A stretch of 64,000 nucleotides of DNA, taken from NCBI RefSeq assembly GCF_964204645.1, contig NC_134034.1, positions 13,963,062 through 14,027,061 of the forward strand, given 5' to 3'. The notes beneath the pieces are model-generated. The model had not been told where the DNA came from. It did not search any database and saw nothing but the letters and a program-made list of their open reading frames with translations. This stretch comes from Tubulanus polymorphus. Lineage: Eukaryota > Animalia > Nemertea. This document shows, piece after piece, positions 9,451 through 20,145 of the stretch (within the stretch, counting starts at the first letter, position 1; each line of letters opens with the position of its first letter). Made by a program: the position numbers and the translations under genes.

Positions 9451-10129
9451 GTGCCTCAGGTTGGGGCTAATTTTTGGCCCAGCGAGGTATTTGTAGTACG
9501 ATGATCATCTGTTTGACTCGGGTTGTTTGTTGGTCAATAGATTCTATACTAACTTATATATTTTGAACACAAATATTTGCTTTATCCTTAGAAGCCACTT
9601 TATTTAAAAGATACTTCGCTCAATACAGTAGTTTATTTCTAAATGAATAAAAGAGTTGGTGACATTATTCAATATATATAAAAACCACAATATCTACTTT
9701 AAGGTTGGTATGCAACAATTTCCACTCTTTTCCATAGGTGTCGCTTTGGATAAATATCTATATCTCTTGACCCAATGGACCGATTACGATTAAACTTGAT
9801 ACACAGGAACTTTTATCAAGTAGCACCCGGGGTGGGTGGAATCGCTCTAGGTTGAAGTTACACTGTCCTAAATTGGCTCCAAACAACGTGAAATTGGTAG
9901 TTAGGCCTACTACGAGTACGGGTAGAACACAGTTTGAAATCGTATCGTTGTAGGTTATCGTAAAGAAGATGAATACGACGATTAACAGTACAAATATCGT
10001 TATAGACACGGTTTTAGTCGAGACATTGATGGCCGGGTTTAACTATTCCTGGATATGACCATGCTTCACAATTAAATTCATCTTCTGAATGAGGACGACC
10101 ATCGAACACGTGTCTAATCGCGTCATAAC

Positions 10130-10760
10130 GGGTACGGGGTGTCCCGCGTTCGAACCAAGTAATTACTGATACTGGTTCAGAGTGGTCTTTGTACAGGGGT
10201 GTCCAGGGTTCGAACTGAGTAGTGGTCCAAGTTGTCCTGATGCTGAATGGAGGATGTACAGGGTTGTGTCCCGGGTTCGAGAACCAGTAATTACTGATAC
10301 TGATTCAGAGTGGTCCTGATGCTGATTAGATGATGTACAGGGGTGTCCCGGGTTCGAACTCAGTAGTGGTCCAAGTTGTCCTGATGCTGAATGGAGGATG
10401 TACACGGGTGTCCCGACCGTACGGTGCTGCCGCTATGCTCATCGTTAGCGGGATTTCCATACACTAACTGAAGTCAACTCTGGCAATCGTCGTGCTGTCC
10501 AGCTATACTCCGTAACCCTTGCTTGCCAGAGTTGACTAACGTTAGTGTATGAAAATCCCGCTACCGATGAGCATAGAGGCAGCACCGTACGGTGAAATGT
10601 TGATATCTTAACAAAAGTAATTACTGATTCTGATTGGTCCTGATGTTGGATGGAGGATGTACAGGGGTATCCCGGGTTCGAACCAGTAATTACTGATACT
10701 GGTTCAGAGTGGTCTTGATACTGAATAGAGGATGTACAGGTGTCCTGGGTTCGACCCCGC
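10130..10760 (+). repeat. Degenerate ~60-75 bp tandem repeats each carrying a B-box-like GGGTTCGAAC
   Basis: GATGCTGA(A/T)T(G/A)GAGGATGTACAGGGGTGTCCCGGGTTCGAAC units; also ~22060-22690, ~45565-46225, ~57018-57495. Confidence 0.85.
10416..10593. mobile_element. Foldback MITE, nearly perfect 178-bp hairpin (also 22344-22521, 45797-45974, 57163-57333)
   Basis: ACCGTACGGTGCTGCC...AGTCAACTCTGGCAA pairs with TTGCCAGAGTTGACT...GGCAGCACCGTACGGT. Confidence 0.85.
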
Positions 10761-10843
10761 CACGAAAAATGATTAAATAACGCACACACGACTTACAGCA
10801 ACAATTATCTATATTTATTCCTCATTGTCATGTAACACACCCG

Positions 10844-11060
10844 GACGCAGTTCCACAGTTGTGTTAGAGTTAACTCCGAGTTAAAGTTAATTCATTTTCA
10901 ATAAGTTACCCCAGGGCCCAGTTTCACAAAAAGGTTTAACTCTTAAATCGGTTTAATTTCTTCATTAATTCAGTTTATCTTAAATCGATTTAGGCCTTAA
11001 TCCTTTTTGTGAAACTGGGCCCAGAGTTAAATCTTAACTCAACAACTGTGGAACTGGACC
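10844..11060. mobile_element. PIF/Harbinger-like MITE with a nested second MITE (10915-11021)
   Basis: Outer TIR CAGTTCCACAGTTG/CAACTGTGGAACTG flanked by CCG/CTG; inner TIR GGCCCAGTTTCACAAAAAGG with a CAG duplication; empty site in copy 4 (~46485). Confidence 0.8.
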
Positions 11061-11520
11061 CTGCCCTTTTAAGAATAGTAGTTGGACCATCGAATTGAAA
11101 CCCTCGCATACCAGGGTAAGAAAGAAAAAATGAATTCCTCGAGTGGACACCAGGGGTCGCAGTTCCACAAAAAACGATGCATTTTTTAACTGAATTTGTG
11201 AAGAAATTTAATCTGGATCTCACAAAAAGATCTTTTTTGTTGATCTTTGATAACTAATCCGTATATGTGAAACCGTACCCTCGGTAGGATTTGGTTTATG
11301 ATGCGAGGGTTTCAATCAGATTTAGATGCTGCAGTTTCGCACACTGAATAGCGAGTATTTAATACCGTAGAGTCCAGTTTCACAGAGAAAGGATGAATCA
11401 ATATAGGCGGTAAAGTCGAATAGAGAAGTTTTTTAAGTAAATTATTTCTATGAAACTGAACCCGTGGGATTTACGTGTGACGCACTGATTGTGTGTGAAA
11501 CTGCTGACGTCTGTAATCAC

Positions 11521-11560
11521 AACTAAAACAACACAGAAAATTCATCTTTATTTCAAATAA
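11521..11560 (-). terminator. Polyadenylation signal AATAAA with downstream U/GU-rich element
   Basis: The minus strand reads AATAAAGATGAATTTTCTGTGTTGTTTTAGTT; conserved at ~23475 and ~47026. Confidence 0.55.
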
Positions 11561-14500
11561 AACAGAACAACAGTTCACACGAAATATTATAGTCCCATAA
11601 TAAAGAAAACCTGTCGATATTTCAACTCAATCAATGAAATCATAATCATTATACAATATGTGTATCATACAATTTTTTACAAAACCAGACCAATAAAACT
11701 GGGTCGTGGGGTACAAACAATTACAAACTAATGCAACCAGTTATCGCTGCTTTACAGCTACATTTAATCTTCAATTTCAATTTTCACTTAAACTTTAAAA
11801 CCCACTATATAGAAACTTAATAGAAGTAAAAGAGACAACATTTTGGAGTCTCTGTAGAGACCATCATCAAGTCTGAAGAATAACTAAAACAGGGAAAAAC
11901 AAGTTAATTAGGAAAGTAAAGCGAGTGTTCAGTGCTAAGGTTGAGAGGTTTTGTTATTTTGTTCGTATAGGTTGTTCTAGTTATTTCTTCATTATACTTT
12001 TATTATTTTGATTCTGATTCTTGATAAATGAATTTTGCCTTTTAAATTTGCATATAGCAGGGTTTAAATTATATATTCTATGCCCGAGTCAGGCTATTAT
12101 TCTATCAGCAAAAATGACACCACAGCTTTGAGAGACGAATCAGGGGATGACTCTATTGTTTTTATGTATACGTGATACACAGTCTATCAAACCATCACAA
12201 ACAGTAGGCTGCCCGTGCCGGTCGGCACAGATAAACAATATTCATTTGGCTTTAAACTTAAAAATTGCAGATCTGAAATAAGTGGCATCATATCAATCTC
12301 CAGGTAGATGGCTGGTCCCTGTCCCTGTCAAATGGCAAATTGGTCCCGATCCCCACTTCGTCCTAGAATAGAGAAAACTTGCGTCAGCAAATATTACATA
12401 GAAAATGTTCAATTGAATTAACAGTCAAGTGGGAATTGTCTTCATGACATCATTCGGTAACTAGAATCTATAATTACCTTATAATACTAGATAATTCAAC
12501 ACCATTATTCAATCTTTGATCACTTTTCAAACTGTTCTATTGGACAAATTTCATGCTGCAAAAAATCATTATACTATGAAAATACTAAGTAATGTATTTA
12601 TAGCAGTCTGAAATTGGGGCTAAATTCTATTAGAAAATCAATCATTTTCAAACTTGTGTTGAGCAGAATTAAGCAGCAGCAGCAGCAGCAGCCGCAGCAG
12701 CAGCCGCAGCCGCACTGCTTTCCGGAGAATCAAACATAAAAATTCTGTACAGAATAATTAAATGTTAGAATATAATGAAATTAGAGCACAGTGGAGTGAT
12801 GAAAGACTCACCATTTCTAAACTCATATCAGATTAGTTCAGTGCCATCTAGCAGGATTTCACTTCCAACAGTAATAATGTCATGAAGTTAAGAGAACTGA
12901 TGATTTTCTGAGAAAATAAATTCTTAAAACGATAGCAGCAGCTTCAGCAACTAGAGCTTCTTTACTCTTTGAAGGTGAATATTTTTAATTTCTCCAGTTC
13001 CAATTTGTGTTGGGCGTATTGCATTCTGGAAAGAGAAAATTATGCCAGAAAATGGTTAATGAAATAGATAGAAACTGCAACTCTGTTTGTGTTCAATTGA
13101 CAGAAAACCTACCGGGTTAATGAGTAGTTTATCACAATGTGTCGAGTATATGCAGATTTCTGAGAGGTTTGATGGTAGCTTTAGACTGCGTCCTCAAGTA
13201 AAACGTTGATACCTGCCAACATTGACCGATCAAAACATCATTTTCTGGACTTGATTTGAAGATCACCACAAATTACTGCAATAAATCGATATAAAACTCA
13301 CCGCTTCTGACTCGTTTGATTTGTGGAGCACAATGTTTACTGCAAGTTCAGCTTTATTTTAGACCCTAGAATACAACAGTTGTATAATTTTGATGATTCG
13401 AACTTTGACCAGAATAGAAGTGATTGAAAATTCGCCTTCACTGATTAATGTAGCTTCTAATCAGGAAATGAGTTTATAAATGTACAGTCAAACAGAGACT
13501 AGAATCTGTAGAGATATTTACCGGTACCGTATTGGTTTTGAGGATCTAAAGCGATGTCCATCTTAAACAAATGTGAAGTGAATTCCCAATGTTTACTGTT
13601 CACAGATTCTATCAAGGTTCCAGTTATTTCAGCTCCTAAATATAAATTTTAGAAATTGTCAGTTAAGTTGTTATGAAATAAGAGCAGTTTCACACCAAAT
13701 CAAACTAAGCCGTGATCTTTGAGTGACTGAATGCTGGAAACATAAACAGATAGAATAATTTATATAGAACAGTTCTCTAAAAATAATGAATTTCCAAACA
13801 GGTTTTACCTGCTACTGCTGCTGTTGCAGCTGGTGGTGGCGCTGTTGCTGCATAGTGCTGGTACTGCGGGTACTGCCAGTGCTGCTGTTGCAGCTGGTGG
13901 TGGCGCTGTTGCTGCATAGTACTGGTACTGCGGGTACTGCCAGTGCTGCTGTTGCAGCTGCTGGTGGCGCTGTTGCTGCATAGTGCTGGTACTGCGGGTA
14001 CTGCCAGTGCTGCTGTTGCAGCTGGTGGTGGCGCCGTTGCTGCATGGTGCTGGTACTGCGGGTACTGCCAGTGCTGCTGTTGCAGCTGCTGGTGGCGCTG
14101 TTGCTGCATGGTGCTGGTACTGCAGGTACTGCCAGTGCTGCTGTTGCAGCTGCTGGTGGCGCTGTTGCTGCATGGTGCTGGTACTGCGGGTACTGCCAGT
14201 GCTGCTGTTGCTGCTGCTGGTGGCGCTGTTGCTGCATGGTGCTGGTACTGCGGTTACTGCCAGTGCTGCTGTTGCTGCTGCTGCGGTGTGTATCTCATCC
14301 TGTAACTGAGAGTAAAACTGTAATTTTTAGTTCAAAAATAATTAAAAATATCAACAGAGACTGTTTAAGAATTCTGTGGAGAAATTCATTACCAGTTTTG
14401 TACTTACCTTTAAATGAGCCTGTTTAAATAGTAAATTCTATTGCATTCATTTCATTCTGAAAAGAAAAAGAAACAATAATCAGTGACAATAGAGCAGAAT

Positions 14501-17500
14501 GTAACATCTCAAATTATCAATCAATCAGACAGAAACAGTACAGGATTTCTGTAGATTAAACTGCTGTACTTATTTCATACTGATTGTACAGTTACAGATA
14601 CATGTAACATTGTGTACAGATACAGAGTACAGATCACTGCATTACTTCATCCTGTGATTGAACAGTGATTTAATGTTCTTTCATCTTCATTAGATTCCCA
14701 TCAGTCTAACTAAAACATCAGAACATTTTAACTCATCTAACCTCCCGACCCGACCCTCCCAGACCCCATCCCTCCCACTCTCCCACACCCCTTCCCTCCT
14801 GCCCTCCCCGACCCCATCCCTCCCACCCTCCCGGACCCCTTCCCTCCCGCCCTCCCAAACCCCTTCCCTCCCGCCCTCCCCGACCCCTTCCCTCCCACCG
14901 TCCGATACCCCTTCCCTCCAGCGCCCCTTCCCTTCCTCCCTTCCTCCCTCCCTCAATGCCCTCCCACCTGGCCCTCCCTCAATGCCCTCCCACCTGGCCC
15001 ACCCTCAATGCCCTCCCACCTAGCCTTCCCTCAATGCCCTCCCACCTGGCCCACCCTCAATGCCCTCCCACCTGGCCCACCCTCAATGCCCTCCCACCTA
15101 GCCTTCCCTCAATGCCCTCCCTCAATGCCCTCCCTCAATGCCTCCTCAACTCTGTTGTCTCCTCTTCACACACCACTCATCCGTACAATAACTACAAAAC
15201 GATTTGCCATTTTTCACGATCATATCAATTTCATATATAAATCAAAATCCTTAATCAATTGCATCATTGATGCGACTCACAGATACTGTCTCTACACATT
15301 TTGGAGGCATTCAGATGACCTCAAATGATCATATGCCTGGGTTGGTCTTGAAAATCACATGGCTTCATTTTTACAGATGATTTCTTTATCAATTTCATCA
15401 AATTATTCCTTTTATTTCTACTCCCTCTAATAAGTATTCACAATATATCTCAGTTTCACGACAAGTTGCAGCAGTCGTCTGTAAACAGATTTCATTTCAT
15501 CAAATGATGGGAGTTCGAGTTGTAGAGGTTTCATCTACAAAACATCAAACCAAACCTGAGGAACTTAATGTTGTAAGGGAGGGGGAGGTATACGGAGGGT
15601 TCACCCGAACCAAGGATATAAGCCCGAACCAAACCTCCACACTCACAAAACAATTAATGCTATTTATGTTGCTTCACCAATTCAACATGACGTCACTAAA
15701 TGAAACCATTGTGGACTATTTCAATACTCTCTACTAGAGGTTTCATATAAGCAAGTAGTTTATGGAATCCTATCCATAAAAGTTATAAGTCAATGTTTTT
15801 AAACTGCTGATGCAAAATATATACGTCATCAAATAATCTGTTTGATTGTCTTTTCAAGTTAACACTTAAACCCAGTGGAACAAATCAAACTCCAGCCATT
15901 TTTCCTTCATTTGCCATTTTTCGTTTTTACTCTTTTCTCTGACTTGAGTCTTAGCACTTGAGTCGAGGTAGGAATAGACCCCTGCCCGCTCGCTAAGCGT
16001 GCAGGACACTAAACCTTCGAATTGCTCTCGGACCCCACTCTTTATATCAGCATTTCATGCTGTTTTATTTTATTCACGCATTCGCTTTACATTTTTTCAT
16101 ATGGCTTTTCCTTATTTGTCGTCTCACTAAAATTCTCATCAGTTCCGACTGGGATCAAGTTTAATCTTTTAGAGACAAACAGCAAAAGGTTGTGTTAGTT
16201 GCACCAGCAGCAGCAGCAGCAGCAGCAGCTGCAGCAGCACCAGCAGCAACACTGATACAGATGAATCTTTCATTAACTACGTCATTTGTTCCATTCTCAA
16301 ATATTGAGTCATGAAGGCAACAGAAATAACTTTAAAAAACGTTAAATCTTTCATTCATGGTCTTTGTTTAGTGACCTAAGCGTCAAAGTTTGGTTCATAG
16401 CCCAGGTTTGGTGACCAGAGTCAAAGTTTGGTTCATGGCTCAGGTTTAGTGACCAAAGAGTCAAACTTTGGTTCATAGCTCAGGTTTAGTGACCAAAGAG
16501 TCAAAGTTTGGTTCATAGCCCTGTTTTGGTGACCAAAGAGTCAAAGTTTGGTCTATGGTTCTGATTTGGTGACCACGGAGGGTAAATATAGCTCATGGCC
16601 CTCGTTAAAGGTAAGTCAGTTTTATGGCTCTGGTTTGATTAGCAAATAACATGAGAAATTGAGCATTGCATATGTTAAATAGGGGAATTGGACTAAACAC
16701 TCATCACTAGAATAAAGTGAAGAATTATGTTTACACTGAATGGGCTCAAAATCTTGGACTAATTGATAAAGTCCGAAATAATTCTGACTAATTGAGTCTA
16801 CCGGAAAATGATGCATTGATCGAAGTCTAAAAGCTATAAACTGACAAATTGATCGAGCACTGATAATATTTTAAATAACAGCGGAGGATGAAATAACTTT
16901 CATAAACTGATATGATCGTGAAAAATGGCAAAATACACTAGATACACCTCCCCCACGCTTTATCAGAGTCTCATTGTAGTAGGAAGATTGCCGTAGCCTA
17001 ACTGTAAAAACTACATCTGGTTGAATATCATCTGTTTTTATGGCTTTTAAATTCAGTAAAATATTTCCTGATATAAGTATAATTAGTTCGCAGCCCCTTA
17101 AATTCTGTCTAGAATAGAATTATAAGTCACAGGGTAGAAATAGAATATTATCCTATTCTAAAATGAATATAATAATAGAACAATAGTCTCTCCGTGTCAA
17201 TCTTTGTCCCACCTAAAAATTGTACAGTTTATTTCACAAAATGTGTCCCATCTTTTTGAAAAGGATAACTAATTATTAAGGATATCTATGAATAGTGATA
17301 TACTGTGCCATGAAGGCAAATGAAGAAGTGTGTCCATAAAAGTGATAACAAAACATATCACTTATTCTAATAAGTTCTATACTCTTCTTCCAAAAATGAA
17401 GAGTAGGTCTCTGTCTAAGAATCTGCAGAAAAAAGAGGAAGCAGCGATGAATGTGAACTGCATCTCGACTCTCGTCAATAATTTTCTAAGTCGTCCTATA

Positions 17501-20145
17501 CAGTTCTCAGTATTTACAGCCGTTTTTTAAATAGCACAGAAGAAAATACATCTTTCAGCTGGAAATGTATCAGTAAACCGCCAGATATCAACAGTAATTA
17601 TTACGTATGATTGTTGTTTCATTCAATTATTAATGAAGCCGTGTTTTGATCGGAGCCAAGGAGCAGTTTGTGATCATTCAAAAAATATCTCTCATTCCTG
17701 ACCACATTAAATAATGGCCCTAAAATTTGAAACGTCCCAATTCAGAAATCTGGGGGCAATTATCTCATAACGATTGAGAGAAGTGACGGTGAAATTACGT
17801 GCGCACTCACCGGGGATCAAACCCGGGTCTCATAGAAATAACAACTAGTAAAATAGAACGAGTCCAATTGGCCGATGGTTATACAGCTTGTCATGCATAA
17901 CAACTGAAACATGACATGTTGCAGTCACGTGTTTCATAATGATTAATCCTTTCTTAGAATAATAAAAAGATAGGACACATTTTCTGAAATATCCTAAACT
18001 TCAAGACTAAAACTACGACTAAACCACCTGTACCTGTACCTAAACCCTAAAGCCCCACCCTATATCCCTCCCTCCAAAGTCCTACCACCACCCCTACATC
18101 CCTCCCATCCTCCCGGACCCCATCCCTTCCACCCTCCCAGACCCCTTCCCTCCCGCCCTCCCGGACCCCTTCCCTACCGCCCTCCCTCCCAAACCCCTTC
18201 CCTCCTGCCCTCCCTCACCCCATCCCTCCCACCCAGACCCCTTCCCTCCCACCCAGACCCCTTCCCTCCCACCCAGACCCCTTCCTTCCCACCGTCCCCC
18301 ACCCCAACCCTCCCTCCCTCTACCCCTTCCCTCCCCCAACCCTACCCACCCTCCCCAAACCCTGTGGTTAGGTGAGTTGAATGTTCTGATGTTTTAGTTA
18401 GACGGATGGGAATCTAATGAAGATGAAAGAACATTAAATCACTGTTCAATCACAGGATGAAGTAATGCAGTGATCTGTACTCTGTATCTGTACACAATGT
18501 TACATGTATCTGTAACTGTACAATCAGTATGAAATAAGTACAGCAGTTTAATCTGCCGAAATTCTAACTCTTAAGATACACATGATCTGATTATCACGAA
18601 GGAACATGATTGATAACAGTTGTATTATTGACACCAGGAACCAGTTTCATATTGATTAGAAATAACATTTGAGTTGATCACAATTTAGAAAACCTGTAAA
18701 CCCGCTTACTGAAATAACAATCCCAACCATGAACTGATTATAGCCAAATATTCACCAAAAGAAATTTGAAATGATTGAATAACTGTGACAGGTTTCTGAG
18801 ATTTCATTTCAAAACATGGTTTATAACAAACAATATAAAATTGGTCCCTTAAAATCAATTCAACAACCGATAAATAAAGATTAATGTTACTTATCTTGAA
18901 TTTCCACATAGGCTATAGTGATTCCTGATGTCATGCTGAATCCAAGAGTGATTCCCGATGTCCTGTGCTAAATCAAAAAAAGTCTGGTAGTAAAACACTG
19001 ATTCCTTGTTGTCCTGTGCTGAATCCAAGAGTGATTCTTGTTTTCCTGTGCTGAATCAAAATTCCCGTTGAACATGTTGAAGTGATACCTATAATAGACA
19101 AATCTAAGATTGTTTTCTTTCCTTAGAAATAACTGCAGAAATATCAAATCTAAAATTCAAACTTACAAATTAGATTGTTCACTCCAATCTGCAGTTCGTT
19201 TATTCACGGGGTTTTTCTATCCACAGTTTAGGTTTTGCATCTAGAGTTCAACATGAAATATAAACAAGAAAGTAATGAAAAAACGAACAGTTTAAATATT
19301 ATCTGTTTCTGAAACCAATGAAGATCATCATCATCAATTTCACAAACGAATGGAGGCAAGTAGAGGCATCCATCCTCCCGCGGCAGGGACTCGAACCTGA
19401 TGGCATCCAGAATGCCACGGTACGAAACCCTGCCACACTAGACCTAGTGCGCAGCAGCTACACGCGCAGCTTAGATGATGTCATTAATAGCCAATCAGAA
19501 ATTCAGTTTTATTTGAGCCCGGGTTTTCCCATTTATAGTTCTTCCGTGAAATTTACCTCAGCGATTAACGAGCAATCTGATTGGTGCCGCAAGATTTCAT
19601 GCGGCAAAGCTGCACATGTACCTGCGCACCCGGTCTAGTGTGGCAGGGGTTCGTGCCGTGGCTGAGTGTAGCGAGGGATGTCATCAGGTTCAAATCCCTC
19701 CCATGGGAGGATGTTGGCGTCCGACATGTTTGGACTGCGATTAATAGGCCTATAGGTTAAGCGACAGATGAAATAAACTTACACTGTTTTCACTGTTTGA
19801 TGTAATCAGTCGATGGAATCATTTTAGAACAAATTCATTACAACACAGCGAGATGAAGCCCATCGTGATCTAGAAATATCAGGATGGAATGACGTTATGC
19901 TTGACTGAGCGCCACCATGACCATGGCATATGTCAATGTGCACTGTTTGTAGGATGTGACTGAAATAATATGATTTCCCGCAATATCTGAGATGGAATAT
20001 TTTTCGCCATTTAAACCAATGTTACAAACACTTACCAAATATTGAAATACTGATTTCAGGGGTCGGGAAGGAGGGTGGCAATGTTTGTATTAGGAGAGGT
20101 TTTTGCTTAATTTCGTGTTATGGTAAAGCACGCCATTTTGATATT
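11530..20145 (-). ncRNA. Putative multi-exon long non-coding RNA gene (complete copy; others at <1-8120, 23460-32025, 47010-55385)
   Basis: Minus-strand signals in copy-1 coordinates: CAAAATGGCG (YY1-like, 8109-8118); donors GTAAGT (8012, 7806, 7188, 1970), GTAAGC (~6600), GTGAGT (5709, 800, 311), GTAAA (1307, 1020), GTAGGT (~611); polypyrimidine-AG acceptors (~7937, 7334, 7114, 2020, 1863, 1233, 1135, 865, 527, 223); AATAAA at 11547-11552 followed by a U/GU-rich tract. No frame is conserved across copies. Confidence 0.6.

Larger units (their letters stand above)
1..12512. repeat. Tandem ~12 kb unit A, copy 1
   Basis: The window start TCTTTGATCACTTTTCAAACTG recurs at 12513 and 24409 (and as TCTTTGGTCAATTTTCAAACTG at 48017), and the sequence is collinear and near-identical throughout. 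Confidence 0.97.

Noticed and set aside
9410-9452. Telomerase RNA template (TAACCCTAACCCTA on the minus strand)
   Set aside because: The motif is duplicated, multi-copy and opposite to the Pol III boxes, and I could not see a pseudoknot or H/ACA domain.
9460-9495. Spliced-leader RNA gene (Sm-like AATTTTTGG in a tandem array)
   Set aside because: The donor-like GT lies downstream of the Sm-like site rather than upstream, and the motif varies between copies.
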